Below are positions 51,801 to 62,054 of a stretch of 64,000 bases of DNA, piece by piece (position 1 is the stretch's first letter; each line of letters begins with the position of its first letter). Source of the stretch: Pseudomonadota bacterium (GTDB lineage: Bacteria; Bdellovibrionota_C; UBA2361; OMII01); NCBI GenBank assembly GCA_039799965.1, contig JBDLRS010000033.1:180-64179 (forward strand). The letters are read 5' to 3'. The notes below the pieces were generated by a model. It was not told the DNA's origin. It did no database searches and was given only the letters and a program-made list of their open reading frames with translations. A program made the position numbers and the translations under genes.

Positions 51801-52313
51801 GTGTTGAAAATGCGAGCCCCAGTTTCGGTGTCACTATTTTTGATCCAGAGTATCGTGGTGATGATGACCACATGCATCCTTGCACCTTGTGCGATGGGTC
51901 AGCAGTGTGAGCGCCCACAAAAGGAGAGCGGGATGAAAGAAGAAGAGATATCCTCAAGTAAGAACGTGCTTGGCCAACCCCTACAACGATGCGGGTGTAC
52001 ACCCATGACCGGGTTCTATCGTGACGGATTTTGCGAGACCGGTGCGCGCGATCTCGGCAGCCACACCGTGTGCGCGGTGATGACTGAAGAGTTCCTCGCC
52101 TTCACCAAGAAGCGCGGGAACGATCTCTCAAGCCCCGCCCCACACTTTAACTTTCCCGGTCTCAAGAGTGGTGATAGGTGGTGCCTCTGTGTCTCCCGCT
52201 GGAAGGAAGCGTACGATGCTGGGGTTGCGCCTCCTGTGATCCTCGAGGCGACTCACGAGCGTGCGCTAAGGGTGGCGAGTATTGAGGAGCTCCGGGGCAG
52301 CGGAGTGCGGTAG
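51801..52313 (+). CDS. DUF2237-family protein with an N-terminal hydrophobic extension
   Basis: C-terminal 120 aa match the DUF2237 pattern (NVLGxPLxxCGxxPxTGFYRDGxCxTGxxDLGSHTVCAVMT...GDRWCLC). The start may be the internal MKEEE at 51933. Confidence 0.6.
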   Translation: MLKMRAPVSVSLFLIQSIVVMMTTCILAPCAMGQQCERPQKESGMKEEEISSSKNVLGQPLQRCGCTPMTGFYRDGFCETGARDLGSHTVCAVMTEEFLAFTKKRGNDLSSPAPHFNFPGLKSGDRWCLCVSRWKEAYDAGVAPPVILEATHERALRVASIEELRGSGVR

Positions 52314-52843
52314 ACTGCAACAGGAGATCATTTTTTACCACCGGTCTAGTGCCACCCCGAGCACCTTGTTGATCTAACGTTTTAGCGGAAGGTCAACGGG
52401 GCCACATCTCCATTTTGAGGTTCGGGTGGCGGGAACGCCTGTAGACCGTTCGTGGGTGTTTTGAGTCAGGCGCACAAGCGATCTTAAACCGACAGGTTGC
52501 GAGACGCCGTTGTTTAGCCACCTGCACCATTTTCGCTCTCCTTAATTGCCGAATTTAGGATCAAGGGCACCACACTCCATGACGGACCCTCGGGCTATTG
52601 AGAAATAGCGCCGTTTATCGGCTTGTTTGAGCTTGCCTGTCTTTTCCCCATGCAAGGGTTATCTCGGACTTGGAGAATGTGCGCGATCCTTTATCTTCAA
52701 AACCGTCCCATTATTTACCTAACGGGATATAGAATATCACCTGTTGTTCTCCCTCCTTACTCTTTTGCGCGATTCTTGCTGGGGGGTGATATTGGGTAAT
52801 TATTCGGGATTTCGAATGTATCCCACAGGGGCTCAACGGAAGT

Positions 52844-54217
52844 TTAAAACTCTCCGCACTCGCAACGGAGTGCCGCCTCAAGGTAAGGCAGGGTGTAGGT
52901 GTAGCCCGATTCAATCAACGCTCGTGGCGCTATACGACTACTCCCAAGGAGTACCGCGTCTGCCATTTCGCCAAACGCCACTCGCAACGCAAAAGCGGGC
53001 GCTGGGGCGATGGTAGGTCTGTGTAAGACCTTGCCAAGGGTCTTTGTAAAATCTCGGTTCGTCACTGGCTCCGGAGCGACAGCATTAACCGCGCCACGCA
53101 TCGACGGTGTATAAATTGCGTGCTCAAATATTCCAAGGAGATCCTGGAGCGCTATCCAACTCATGTACTGGCGCCCGCTTCCAAGAACGCCGCCCGCGCC
53201 AAGTTTAAAAATAGGAAGCATCTGTTTGAGCGCTCCGCCAGCAGCGTTGAGAACGGTACCGATCCGTATGTGAACCAAGCGAGTTACATCGTGGAGATTG
53301 TCGTGAGCGCTCGCCTCCCATGCCTTACATGTGTCGGCTAAAAATCCTGTTCCCACTGGAGAACGTTCATCGACAAGTGTCTCTCCGGTATCTCCGTAGT
53401 AGCCGATGGCGGAGGCCATAATCACAACTTCGGGCTTTAGATGAAGCTGTGCGATCGTTTTGCAGAGAAGGGTCGATGATTGCGTCCGGCTCTCAACGAT
53501 CCTCCGCTTGTATTCAGCGGACCATCGGTGTCCGACGAGGCTCTCGCCACCGAGGTGGATGAGAACATCAACTCCATCAAACACAGATGGGTTGAGCGTC
53601 TGGCTCTCGGGATCCCAGCTACGTTCTGTTGGACTTTGTGAGGGCCGTCGAACGAGTCGTATGACCTTGTGTCCAGCGGTTGATAGAAAGGCGCACAGCG
53701 CTGAGCCGATGAATCCAGAGGAGCCGCTCACTAAGATAGTTTTTCGTGGAGAGTCGTTAAAACGGGCATGGAGCTTCATATCGCTCTCCAAGATTATGTG
53801 CCGATACCGAAACAGTCGCGAGAGTTCGCGGCTTACAAAGAACTTCCCTACTCCCATACCATAAGGCATCGTGAAGTGTATCTCGTCACGCATACGGCAC
53901 GATTGATCGCGATCAGCGATAAACTTGTGGTAGTGCCTCCACGAGCGAAAGGGGCCCGAAACCTGCTCATCGCAGAACTGCTCGTTCTCCCGATAGTCTC
54001 TGTGTGTGAGCTTCCATGCAAGTCCGATCGGGCCTACGACAGGAACTTTGATCTCAACCTGAGAGCCGTCACAAAGGGAACTCGGCGCTGTAACGATCTT
54101 TACCTGACGCCATGGTGGATTGAATCGCTCAAACGCTCCGGGGCGTGTGTGCCAGGCGAATACCTCCGCTGGAGAGTGGGGAAGAACACTTTCCAAGCAA
54201 AAGGTGGGAGTTTCCAA
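52844..54217 (-). CDS. SRPBCC-domain fused to TIGR01777/YfcH-like NAD-dependent epimerase-family protein (DUF1731 C-terminus)
   Basis: N-terminal 140 aa are cyclase/dehydrase-like. A Rossmann motif LVSGSSGFIGSAL follows. The C-terminus ...LGSSRIAPRALIESGYTYTLPYLEAAL matches the YfcH tail. Confidence 0.7.
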   Translation of the reverse strand: METPTFCLESVLPHSPAEVFAWHTRPGAFERFNPPWRQVKIVTAPSSLCDGSQVEIKVPVVGPIGLAWKLTHRDYRENEQFCDEQVSGPFRSWRHYHKFIADRDQSCRMRDEIHFTMPYGMGVGKFFVSRELSRLFRYRHIILESDMKLHARFNDSPRKTILVSGSSGFIGSALCAFLSTAGHKVIRLVRRPSQSPTERSWDPESQTLNPSVFDGVDVLIHLGGESLVGHRWSAEYKRRIVESRTQSSTLLCKTIAQLHLKPEVVIMASAIGYYGDTGETLVDERSPVGTGFLADTCKAWEASAHDNLHDVTRLVHIRIGTVLNAAGGALKQMLPIFKLGAGGVLGSGRQYMSWIALQDLLGIFEHAIYTPSMRGAVNAVAPEPVTNRDFTKTLGKVLHRPTIAPAPAFALRVAFGEMADAVLLGSSRIAPRALIESGYTYTLPYLEAALRCECGEF

Positions 54218-54222
54218 TCTCG

Positions 54223-54654
54223 TTATCCTACAACGCGCTTCGCGATCTCGCTGGCGCTCTTGCCGTCGTACTGGCCGGCGTAGTTGTCCTTGAGGTGCTT
54301 CATGACCACGTTGAGCGCGAGGCCAGGAGTACTCTCTTTCAATGTAACGATAATCTTCTCAAGATCGTCTGCCGAGAGTTGTTTCGGCAGGAATTCCTCG
54401 AGGATAGCGATCTCGGCTTGGAGCTTGGCTTTTTGTTCGGCTCGACCTGCCTGCTCCTCAAAGGTGATCGCTTCTTGACGCTTCTTTACCTCGCGTTGCA
54501 CGATCTGAAGACTCTCTGTCGGCCCAAGCGCATCAACAGACTTCTGCATCTCCTCATACTGCATCTCAGTAAGAACCGATCGGATCGTTTCAAGTCGAAG
54601 TTTGTCCTGAGCTTTCATCGCGCTCTTGAGCGCCTCTTTGAGTTTTGCTTTCAT
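54223..54654 (-). CDS. GatB/YqeY-domain protein
   Basis: 143 aa with the helical YqeY pattern (LKEALKSAMKAQDK..., LSADDLEKII). Confidence 0.7.
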   Translation of the reverse strand: MKAKLKEALKSAMKAQDKLRLETIRSVLTEMQYEEMQKSVDALGPTESLQIVQREVKKRQEAITFEEQAGRAEQKAKLQAEIAILEEFLPKQLSADDLEKIIVTLKESTPGLALNVVMKHLKDNYAGQYDGKSASEIAKRVVG

Positions 54655-54696
54655 AACGTGTGTCTTGATCCTTTAAAGTCGTGAAGTGGTAACCGA

Positions 54697-55104
54697 CTAC
54701 TTTGCGGCTCGGTATCCCTCAATAAATTCCTGAAGCTTCTTCGCCGTCTCGGCGCTAATCAGATGCTCAGTCTTGCATGAGTCTATCTCAGCTTGCTCCG
54801 GGCGCACCTTCAATATGTTGGTCAAGAAATCGTAGAGGATGTTCTTTCTCATGAGCACGGCGCGAGCAACAGCCTCTCCCTCTTCTGAGAGCGAGAGAAA
54901 TTTATTCTCATCCTCAATAATAAGGTTCTTGGCCTTTAAGGACTTTAAGTTAATCGATGCGCTGCCGGTTGTGATGTTGAGCTCGCGCGCGACATCGGTC
55001 ACTCGGGCATATCCACGCTTCTCTCTCAGCTCAAGGATCGCGAGGAGGTGGTGCGCAGCGCTGTGGGTGATGTTGTTCTCTTCAAACTTCTTCCAAATAT
55101 CCAT
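54697..55104 (-). CDS. DtxR/MntR-family metal-dependent transcriptional repressor
   Basis: 135 aa. N-terminal winged HTH (ARVTDVARELNITTGSASINLKSL) and the dimerisation/metal-site region typical of MntR-like regulators. Confidence 0.7.
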   Translation of the reverse strand: MDIWKKFEENNITHSAAHHLLAILELREKRGYARVTDVARELNITTGSASINLKSLKAKNLIIEDENKFLSLSEEGEAVARAVLMRKNILYDFLTNILKVRPEQAEIDSCKTEHLISAETAKKLQEFIEGYRAAK

Positions 55105-55171
55105 GACCGAGCCTCTTAACTAAGATCCCCCTGCATAGTGGCGACACGGAGGAGGATGGTTTGCCGCAGAT

Positions 55172-55200
55172 CTATAGTTGATAAACTCGCTCAACTATAG
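55172..55200. promoter_or_regulatory. Candidate operator: 10-bp perfect inverted repeat CTATAGTTGA-n9-TCAACTATAG between the DtxR-family gene and sco1
   Basis: Direct read. It lies 68 bp upstream of the regulator start and 138 bp upstream of the sco1 start, in the divergent promoter region. Confidence 0.5.
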
Positions 55201-55337
55201 TTGGGAGGGTACTAATGGTAGTTATGCATGTCAAGCAAATGTTGGTATGCTGCTAGGTGTGGTTTGGTGAGATTGATGTCGTGTATAAAGAGCCGAGAAA
55301 AGGGGCCATTTAGTTGATAATATTTTGTATTTAGCCG

Positions 55338-56201
55338 ATGATCCCATCCACTATGGCACATTTCGGTCGCACCTCATCTCTACCCGTGGAACGCACCTTG
55401 CTCATTGCGGTGCTGTGCTGCCTCGTGGCGTTGCTCGTTCCGCGCGTTGCGAGTGCTGTTGAAGATCCTGGAGCTATGGCGGCTCAAGATGTTGGTATCT
55501 TTACGCAATTGGGTTCTCAGGTCAACCTCAATCGTCCCTTCACTGACGTCAATGGCGTGACCAAGCCGCTGAAGGAGTTCGCCCTTCCGGGAAGACCGAT
55601 CGTTATCGCCCCCGTTTATTACAAGTGCCCCCGGTTATGTGGGCTTCTCCTTAACGGAGTCTACGACCTTATTAACGAGCTTCCGTTGAAGTTATCCAAC
55701 GAGTACTCGGTACTCGTGGTGGGGTTCGATTCCACTGAGACCCCTGCTGATGCCAAGGTGGTGATGGATAAGTTTAACGCTCGGCTTGCGGGTGATGCTC
55801 GCGCCGGGAGTGAGGCGATACACTACCTAGTGGGGAGTCCCGATAATGTGTCGGCGATCATGAACGAACTTGGGTTTAAGTTCGCGAAAGATGGAGTAGA
55901 TTTTGCTCATTCGGCAGCAGTTATGATATTGACCAGCACTGGGCTCATCTCGCAGTATTTCACCGGGATTATGTTCCCTTCGTGGGATGTGCGCCTTTCG
56001 TTAGTCGAAGCCTCAAAAGGTGGCATCGGTACCGCGATAGATCATTTTTTGCTCTACTGCTTCCGATTCGATGCCGTGCAGGGTAGATACACGTGGGCGG
56101 TGCGGGGATTGCTGCGAGTAGGAGGCGCCCTCACGCTAATCGGTCTTGGTCTCGTGTATTATTTGTTTGTCAGGAATCGCAGAGGTTCCGTAGCGAGTTA
56201 G
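55338..56201 (+). CDS. SCO1/SenC copper chaperone
   Basis: N-terminal TM, a thioredoxin-like fold with the CxxxC motif (YYKCPRLCG) and the conserved His. Linked to the cox genes. Confidence 0.8.
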   Translation: MIPSTMAHFGRTSSLPVERTLLIAVLCCLVALLVPRVASAVEDPGAMAAQDVGIFTQLGSQVNLNRPFTDVNGVTKPLKEFALPGRPIVIAPVYYKCPRLCGLLLNGVYDLINELPLKLSNEYSVLVVGFDSTETPADAKVVMDKFNARLAGDARAGSEAIHYLVGSPDNVSAIMNELGFKFAKDGVDFAHSAAVMILTSTGLISQYFTGIMFPSWDVRLSLVEASKGGIGTAIDHFLLYCFRFDAVQGRYTWAVRGLLRVGGALTLIGLGLVYYLFVRNRRGSVAS

Positions 56202-56243
56202 CGAGACCGGAAGGATTTTTTTGGAGTAACGATAGAGACTGGT

Positions 56244-57548
56244 ATGTTGGGACTGTTAGGACAGCAAGGCTCTGACTTTGCACACAAGGTAGATTACGCC
56301 CATGATGTAGTGACGATTCTCTCCGTGATCTGCACGGTCGCAATCGTCGGCGTGATGTTGTACTTCGCCGTTATCTATCGTCAACGTGATGGCAAGGATC
56401 ATGAGACTCCACGCATCGAGGGTAACAACACCCTTGAGGTTATCTGGACAGTGTTTCCGACCCTCGTATGTATCTGGGTAGCTTGGCTGGGGTACGATTC
56501 CTTCGTGGCCCTTCGCACTCCTCCCGCTAACGCGATGGAGATAAACGTAACCGGCCGCAAGTGGGCTTGGGACTTCACCTATAAGAACGGAAAGAAGACC
56601 ACCGGCGAGCTTGTGGTTCCGGTAGATGAGCCGGTAAAGCTCGTGATGACCGCCAAGGACGTTCTTCACTCCTTCTTTGTTCCTGTAATGCGCACCAAGG
56701 CAGACGTTATCCCTGGTCGCTACACCTACGAATGGTTCCGCCCGATTCAGACCGGAGATTTCCAGGTGTTCTGTACCGAGTACTGCGGAAACGAGCACTC
56801 AAAGATGTTGGCTCGTCTCAAGGTTCTCCCGAAGGCTGAGTTCGAGAGATGGCTTGCTGATGACAGCGAAGCTCGCAAGCTCGCTTCTCTTAAGCCATCT
56901 GACCGAGGCAAAGAGTTGTACGTTTCTAAGCAGTGTGTAACGTGCCACAGCTTAGATGGTTCACCTCGCGTTGGACCTTCGTGGCTCAAGCTCTTCGGTA
57001 AAGAAGGGAAGCTCGCCGACGGATCGTCCTACAAAGTAGACGAGAACTACATTCGTCAGTCCATCCTTCAGCCTCAAGCCAAGGTTGTTCAAGGGTATCC
57101 AGCGATGGGTATGCCAAGCTACCAAGGCCAACTTTCAGATGACGATATCACCGGCATCATCGAGTTCATCAAGACCGTTGATGGAACCCAGAAGGTTGAG
57201 GTCGCCCCAGCTCTTCCTAAGAAGAGCGCCGCTTCTAGGGCTGGCACGACACCAGCAGAGCGAGGAAAGGCTCTCGTGAACGATTCGGGCAACCTCTGCG
57301 CTACATGTCACAGCATCGATGGGTCGCCGATGGTTGGTCCATCGTTCAAGGGTCTCTACGGACGTAAGGAGAAGCTCGCTGACGGAACAGAGGTTACCGT
57401 CGACGACGCGTACATCAAGGAGTCGATCTACAAGCCTGCGGCTAAGATCGTCCAAGGATACGGTCCTGTAATGCCAGCTATGTACGAGGGCAAACTCTCG
57501 GATCAAGACGTAGCGGATATCATCGAGTACATTAAGACGCTCAAATAA
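56244..57548 (+). CDS. coxB: Cytochrome c oxidase subunit II (CuA) fused to two c-type haem domains
   Basis: Two N-terminal TM helices. CuA ligands H...CTEYCGNEHSKM. Two CxxCH motifs, CVTCHS and CATCHS, in the C-terminal 200 aa. Confidence 0.9.
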   Translation: MLGLLGQQGSDFAHKVDYAHDVVTILSVICTVAIVGVMLYFAVIYRQRDGKDHETPRIEGNNTLEVIWTVFPTLVCIWVAWLGYDSFVALRTPPANAMEINVTGRKWAWDFTYKNGKKTTGELVVPVDEPVKLVMTAKDVLHSFFVPVMRTKADVIPGRYTYEWFRPIQTGDFQVFCTEYCGNEHSKMLARLKVLPKAEFERWLADDSEARKLASLKPSDRGKELYVSKQCVTCHSLDGSPRVGPSWLKLFGKEGKLADGSSYKVDENYIRQSILQPQAKVVQGYPAMGMPSYQGQLSDDDITGIIEFIKTVDGTQKVEVAPALPKKSAASRAGTTPAERGKALVNDSGNLCATCHSIDGSPMVGPSFKGLYGRKEKLADGTEVTVDDAYIKESIYKPAAKIVQGYGPVMPAMYEGKLSDQDVADIIEYIKTLK

Positions 57549-57560
57549 AGGGTAGTAAGT

Positions 57561-59186
57561 ATGGCAGCGCACGCATCAGCAGCAGTAAATGAGGAGTTGA
57601 ACTACCTCAATTGGCAGAAGGGCATCTGGTCATGGCTCACATCCACCGACCATAAGCGAATCTGTTTCCTGTACCTCTTCGCGATCCTCTTCTTCTTCCT
57701 TGCAGGTGGCGTAGCTGCTCTCATGGTTCGAACGGAGTTGGCTTTCGCTGGGCCGCAGATCATCACTGACCCACACACCTATAACGTGCTCTTTACAATG
57801 CACGGTGTGTTCATGATCTTCCTCTTCGTTGTTCCTGGAATTCCGGCGACACTTGGAAACTTCCTAATTCCCTTGATGATCGGCGCTAAAGATGTGGCGT
57901 TTCCTCGCCTCAACCTCTTCAGCTGGTATGTGTACATGGTCGGTGCGGCAATCGGCGCTGTAGCTATGTTCAACCCAGTGGATACGGGCTGGACCTTCTA
58001 CGCTCCGTACAGCACCACAACCGGCACATCGGTAAGCTTGATGGTTTTCGCAGCCTTCGTGCTCGGGTTCTCCTCGATCCTTACTGGACTTAACTTCATC
58101 GTTACTATTCACCAGCTTCGAGCTCCTGGGATGACCTGGATGCGTCTCCCCGTGTTCGTATGGGCTTCCTACGCTACCGCTGTTATTCAGACCGTAGCGA
58201 CCCCAGTAGTTGGAATGACCCTTCTCCTCATCATCGCTGAGCGATGGTTCGGCGCTGGTATCTTCGACCCTTCAAAGGGTGGCGATCCAGTTCTGATGGA
58301 GCATCTCTTCTGGTTCTACTCTCACCCAGTAGTATACATCATGGTGCTTCCAGCGTTCGGCGTGGTTGGAGAGATCATTCCGGTGTTCTCGCGAAAGCCA
58401 CTCTTCGGATATAAGATGGTCGTTATCTCCTCAATGGCGATCGCGGCGGTTGGATTCATCGTGTGGGCGCACCACATGTTCGTAGCGGGCATCTCCGATT
58501 TCTCCGCTAAGTTCTTCTCGATCGTTACCTTTCTCGTAGCTATCCCGACCGCCATTAAGGTGTTCAACTGGGTGAGCACGATGTACAAGGGCTCGATCTC
58601 GTTCAAGACACCGATGCTCTACGCGATGGCGTTCGTCTTCCTCTTCATGGTAGCTGGAACAACCGGTATCTACCTCGCCATGCTTGGTGTTGACGTGTAC
58701 TACCACGACACCTACTTCGTCGTGGCGCACTTCCACTACACCATCCAGGGTGGAGCCGTCATCGGACTGATCGCCGCGCTTCACTTCTGGTTCCCGAAGA
58801 TGACGGGTAAGATGTATAACGAGACCGTTTCCAAGTTTGCGTTCGCCGCGCTCTTCATCGGGTTCAACCTCACCTTCATCCCGCAGTTCATGCTCGGGAT
58901 GGATGGCATGCCTCGTCGGTACTACGACTACCCAGCGCAATACCAGACGCTCCACACTATCTCGACGATCGGCGCCTACCTTAACGGGTTCGGGTACACG
59001 TTCGCGCTTGCTAACCTTCTTTGGACGGCGTTGTTCGGCAAGGTCAAAGCTCCTCGTAATCCGTACAACTCTCACAGCTTAGAGTGGCAGACACAGTCCC
59101 CTCCTATCCATGAGAACTTCGCGGAGATCCCAGTTGTGACTGAGGAGCCGTACAGCTACGGAACCCCTACAGGACGTGGTCACTAA
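57561..59186 (+). CDS. coxA: Cytochrome c oxidase subunit I
   Basis: 541 aa with 12 TM helices and the haem/CuB His ligands. Confidence 0.95.
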   Translation: MAAHASAAVNEELNYLNWQKGIWSWLTSTDHKRICFLYLFAILFFFLAGGVAALMVRTELAFAGPQIITDPHTYNVLFTMHGVFMIFLFVVPGIPATLGNFLIPLMIGAKDVAFPRLNLFSWYVYMVGAAIGAVAMFNPVDTGWTFYAPYSTTTGTSVSLMVFAAFVLGFSSILTGLNFIVTIHQLRAPGMTWMRLPVFVWASYATAVIQTVATPVVGMTLLLIIAERWFGAGIFDPSKGGDPVLMEHLFWFYSHPVVYIMVLPAFGVVGEIIPVFSRKPLFGYKMVVISSMAIAAVGFIVWAHHMFVAGISDFSAKFFSIVTFLVAIPTAIKVFNWVSTMYKGSISFKTPMLYAMAFVFLFMVAGTTGIYLAMLGVDVYYHDTYFVVAHFHYTIQGGAVIGLIAALHFWFPKMTGKMYNETVSKFAFAALFIGFNLTFIPQFMLGMDGMPRRYYDYPAQYQTLHTISTIGAYLNGFGYTFALANLLWTALFGKVKAPRNPYNSHSLEWQTQSPPIHENFAEIPVVTEEPYSYGTPTGRGH

Positions 59187-59219
59187 GATATAAAAGGTTT
59201 ACTATTTAACAGGGATGTT

Positions 59220-59882
59220 ATGAGTGCAGTCGCCCACCCAATCGTTGATCACAACGTGCCCGCAGGGGAGCCGCCGCATATCCATCACATGGATACGGTA
59301 ACAGCGTACGGAGCCGCGAAGCTCGGTATGTGGCTCTTCCTGGCTACAGAGATCCTGCTCTTCGCGGTTATGTTCTGTAGCTTCGCGATCATGCGGTACT
59401 ACCACTTGGCAGAGTTCCATGACGCGAGTAAGCACCTGAACATCTGGGCCGGTGGTTTCAACACAATCGTTCTCCTTATCTCTAGCTTCACCGCAGCCGT
59501 AGCCGTAACGAAGGCTCAAAAGGGGGACAACGCTGGCGTTGTAAAGAACTTCGGAATCAGCCTCGTGTGTGGACTTATCTTCCTTGCGGTTAAGGGGTAT
59601 GAGTACTCAGAGAAGGCGCACCACGGAATGTTCCCGTTCGTGTGGAACTCAGATTTCTACCACTACAAGAATTTCCTGGGCCTCTACTTCTGCATGTCGG
59701 GACTTCACGCCCTTCACGTAATCATCGGTATGGCGATCCTCTACTGGTACGGAATTCGTCCAGCTATGCGAAGCCGCTTTTCGGGTAAGTACTATACCCC
59801 CGTTGAGCTCGGCGCGCTCTACTGGCACTTGGTAGACCTTATCTGGATCTACCTCTTCCCACTCCTCTACTTGGTTGGATAG
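59220..59882 (+). CDS. coxC: Cytochrome c oxidase subunit III
   Basis: 220-aa polytopic protein with subunit III conservation. Confidence 0.85.
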   Translation: MSAVAHPIVDHNVPAGEPPHIHHMDTVTAYGAAKLGMWLFLATEILLFAVMFCSFAIMRYYHLAEFHDASKHLNIWAGGFNTIVLLISSFTAAVAVTKAQKGDNAGVVKNFGISLVCGLIFLAVKGYEYSEKAHHGMFPFVWNSDFYHYKNFLGLYFCMSGLHALHVIIGMAILYWYGIRPAMRSRFSGKYYTPVELGALYWHLVDLIWIYLFPLLYLVG

Positions 59883-59900
59883 ATCTCGGAGAAACTACAC

Positions 59901-60287
59901 ATGGCACATTCAAAATCACATTCGCACGGACACGAGGAGATCGGTCACGTTGTTCCTGAGAGCACCTTCCTGAAGGTTCTCGTTGCTCTGCTAGCGCTCA
60001 CCGTCATTACGGTTCTCGCCGCTCAAGTTGACCTTGGGAAGTGGAACATCGTAGGCGCGCTCCTGATCGCTTCCGTGAAAGCGAGCCTCGTTATCGCCAT
60101 CTTCATGCACGGTAAGTACGAGAATAAGATCATTTGGACCTATATCGTGATCCCCTTCATTCTTCTTGCGATCATGATCGGCGGTATCTTCACAGATGAT
60201 CCGTTCCGTGTTCATCCGGTTCCGTTCGGCGCTCAAGCGCAGCAAGCACCTGCGGCAGCGGCTCCGGGCGCAGCAGCGCATCACTGA
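59901..60287 (+). CDS. Prokaryotic cytochrome c oxidase subunit IV (COX4_pro family)
   Basis: Three TM helices with VKASLVIAIFMHGKYE, matching the small caa3-type subunit IV. Confidence 0.75.
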   Translation: MAHSKSHSHGHEEIGHVVPESTFLKVLVALLALTVITVLAAQVDLGKWNIVGALLIASVKASLVIAIFMHGKYENKIIWTYIVIPFILLAIMIGGIFTDDPFRVHPVPFGAQAQQAPAAAAPGAAAHH

Positions 60288-60399
60288 TAAAACCATCGGT
60301 AATTATAAAAGAGGGCAGGATATCTACGCGCCGGAACTCTTGAGTAATCAGACGACCGGTATGCTTGTTGAGCTGCTTACATAAAGGACGACATCAGGG

Positions 60400-61260
60400 C
60401 TACGCCGGGGTGGGGTCTTGGCCATCGAGTATGCCATCACCGTCTGTATCAGGGTTGGTCGGAGATGTTCCGAACTTCTCCACTTCGTACTCATCGTAGA
60501 GCCCATCGCGATCAGCATCCTTTCGGAATACCGCAACGTGTTTAAGAAGGGTGCTGGTGAGGTAGTTATACAGGATTTTCGCGATGGCATCGTAACCCAG
60601 AGAGCTTGGATGTACGCGGTCAATCAAGAGCCGTTTACTGACGGAGCTGAACTTTAGGTCCGCAGGCGCTCCAACCTTGTTAGTGGAGGCGATGTATTGA
60701 TTCAGCTCCGCTACCCACGTTCCCTGTCCGGTTCGATTCGCTCCCATAATTTGAGAGGTGATGACTAAAGGCCTGTGACCAGTGACGTCGAGCACGTGAG
60801 ATTGAATCAATTCACGAAGACGCTTCAGGTTTCGCCATGTCGCCTTAGCTGGAAGGAACCTCCACCAATCATTTCTTCCGATGTCGAGGATAACGATATC
60901 TGCTTGCGTTAAACTGGAGGCAAGGGTGGCATCTCCGCCCCCTGTAAACGCGTCCTGTACCACTCCAATGACGTGTCGAGCTTCCTCTCCTGGTGTGCCA
61001 CGATTTTCGAAGGATGCGCCCGGAAACTTCTTGGCGATTCGGAGCACATAACCACCCTTGCCGTTGTTGCGAACGTCACCCGTCCCGTAGACTACACTAT
61101 CGCCCATCACAACGACTTGCGCCGAGCCATTGCAATTGATATCCGGCAATCCACCCACAGAGGGGCAGGCAGAGGAGCATCGCGCAGAAAGAGCGAACGT
61201 CAGGAAGAGCGCGAGGTAGGTAACGAGATGTCGCATAGGAAGCCCTTTCAGTATCAGCAC
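60400..61260 (-). CDS. Secreted SGNH/GDSL-family hydrolase with a C-terminal Asp-rich (thrombospondin-type-3-like) Ca-binding tail
   Basis: Signal peptide. GDS block VVVMGDSVVYG and the DIGRNDWW block. C-terminal PTNPDTDGDGILDGQDP. Confidence 0.55.
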   Translation of the reverse strand: MLILKGLPMRHLVTYLALFLTFALSARCSSACPSVGGLPDINCNGSAQVVVMGDSVVYGTGDVRNNGKGGYVLRIAKKFPGASFENRGTPGEEARHVIGVVQDAFTGGGDATLASSLTQADIVILDIGRNDWWRFLPAKATWRNLKRLRELIQSHVLDVTGHRPLVITSQIMGANRTGQGTWVAELNQYIASTNKVGAPADLKFSSVSKRLLIDRVHPSSLGYDAIAKILYNYLTSTLLKHVAVFRKDADRDGLYDEYEVEKFGTSPTNPDTDGDGILDGQDPTPA

Positions 61261-61368
61261 GCCTTAAAATGTACCGGGTATTGGGTTTCGGAACAACTTC
61301 GCCCTCATGTTATGGGGTTAGGGCAGGCCCTCGCCGGGCCGGTGCGACTGGACTCGGAGAATGTTTGC

Positions 61369-61875
61369 CTATTCAGTCAGCTCTACGAATTCAACCGCCC
61401 CCGTTTCTGGCTGTAAGAACGCTATGGTGTAGCTATCGGCGGAGAAGAGCGCCCCCGGGTTCACGATTCTCGTTCGTCCGACAACCTCATCTCGAGGAAT
61501 ATGAGTGTGCCCGTGAAGGACGTAGTCGTATTGTTGCGTCGCGACCGCATCATCAATGACTCGCGCGCTGGTTCCGTGGTTCACGAAAAAGCTCCTGCCA
61601 GCGTGCTCAAATGTGAGCGTATCATCTATCTGTGAAAATCCGAGCTCTGCGCATTTTCTCTTTAAACCTGAACGCTCTCCATCGTTATTACCAAAAACAA
61701 GATTGAGCGGAAGTCCCGCGAATCGCTCGAGAACGGGAGGTGATATGATGTCACCGCAGTGAATGATGAGAGATGGTGAGCGCTCCTTGAAAACCTTAAC
61801 GGCTTTGAGGATCATGCGGACGTCTTCGTGTGTATCAGATACGATGCCAACCAGGGTATTCATGGCTCTGAACAT
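61369..61875 (-). CDS. YfcE/MJ0936-family metallophosphoesterase
   Basis: GIVSDTHED...HCGD...GNND...GHTH metallophosphatase motifs. 168 aa. Confidence 0.8.
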   Translation of the reverse strand: MFRAMNTLVGIVSDTHEDVRMILKAVKVFKERSPSLIIHCGDIISPPVLERFAGLPLNLVFGNNDGERSGLKRKCAELGFSQIDDTLTFEHAGRSFFVNHGTSARVIDDAVATQQYDYVLHGHTHIPRDEVVGRTRIVNPGALFSADSYTIAFLQPETGAVEFVELTE

Positions 61876-62054
61876 ATCGTAAGCGGAGAATTACGGAAAC
61901 TGCGCAAGGCCATGCAGATGGGCTATCAGGCAGTGTTTCAAGCGTCGGTTTCCGACATGCCAGACCCTAGATGGGCGGTCTCTCCTACTACCCCTTTGCC
62001 TGTAATTCACGCTAGGATCGTGGTGTTAACGTTGTTGTTGTAGGGAGGTCGGCT

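Noticed and set aside
52779-52843. Sequence resembling the tmRNA 5' end (GGGG-TGAT...CGGGATTTCGAA...CCC)
   Set aside because: No tRNA-like T-arm or CCA-proximal 3' end was found within about 400 nt downstream, and there is no ANDENYALAA-type tag frame. A plus-strand gene here would overlap by about 300 nt the well-supported C-terminus of the 52844..54217 CDS on the opposite strand.
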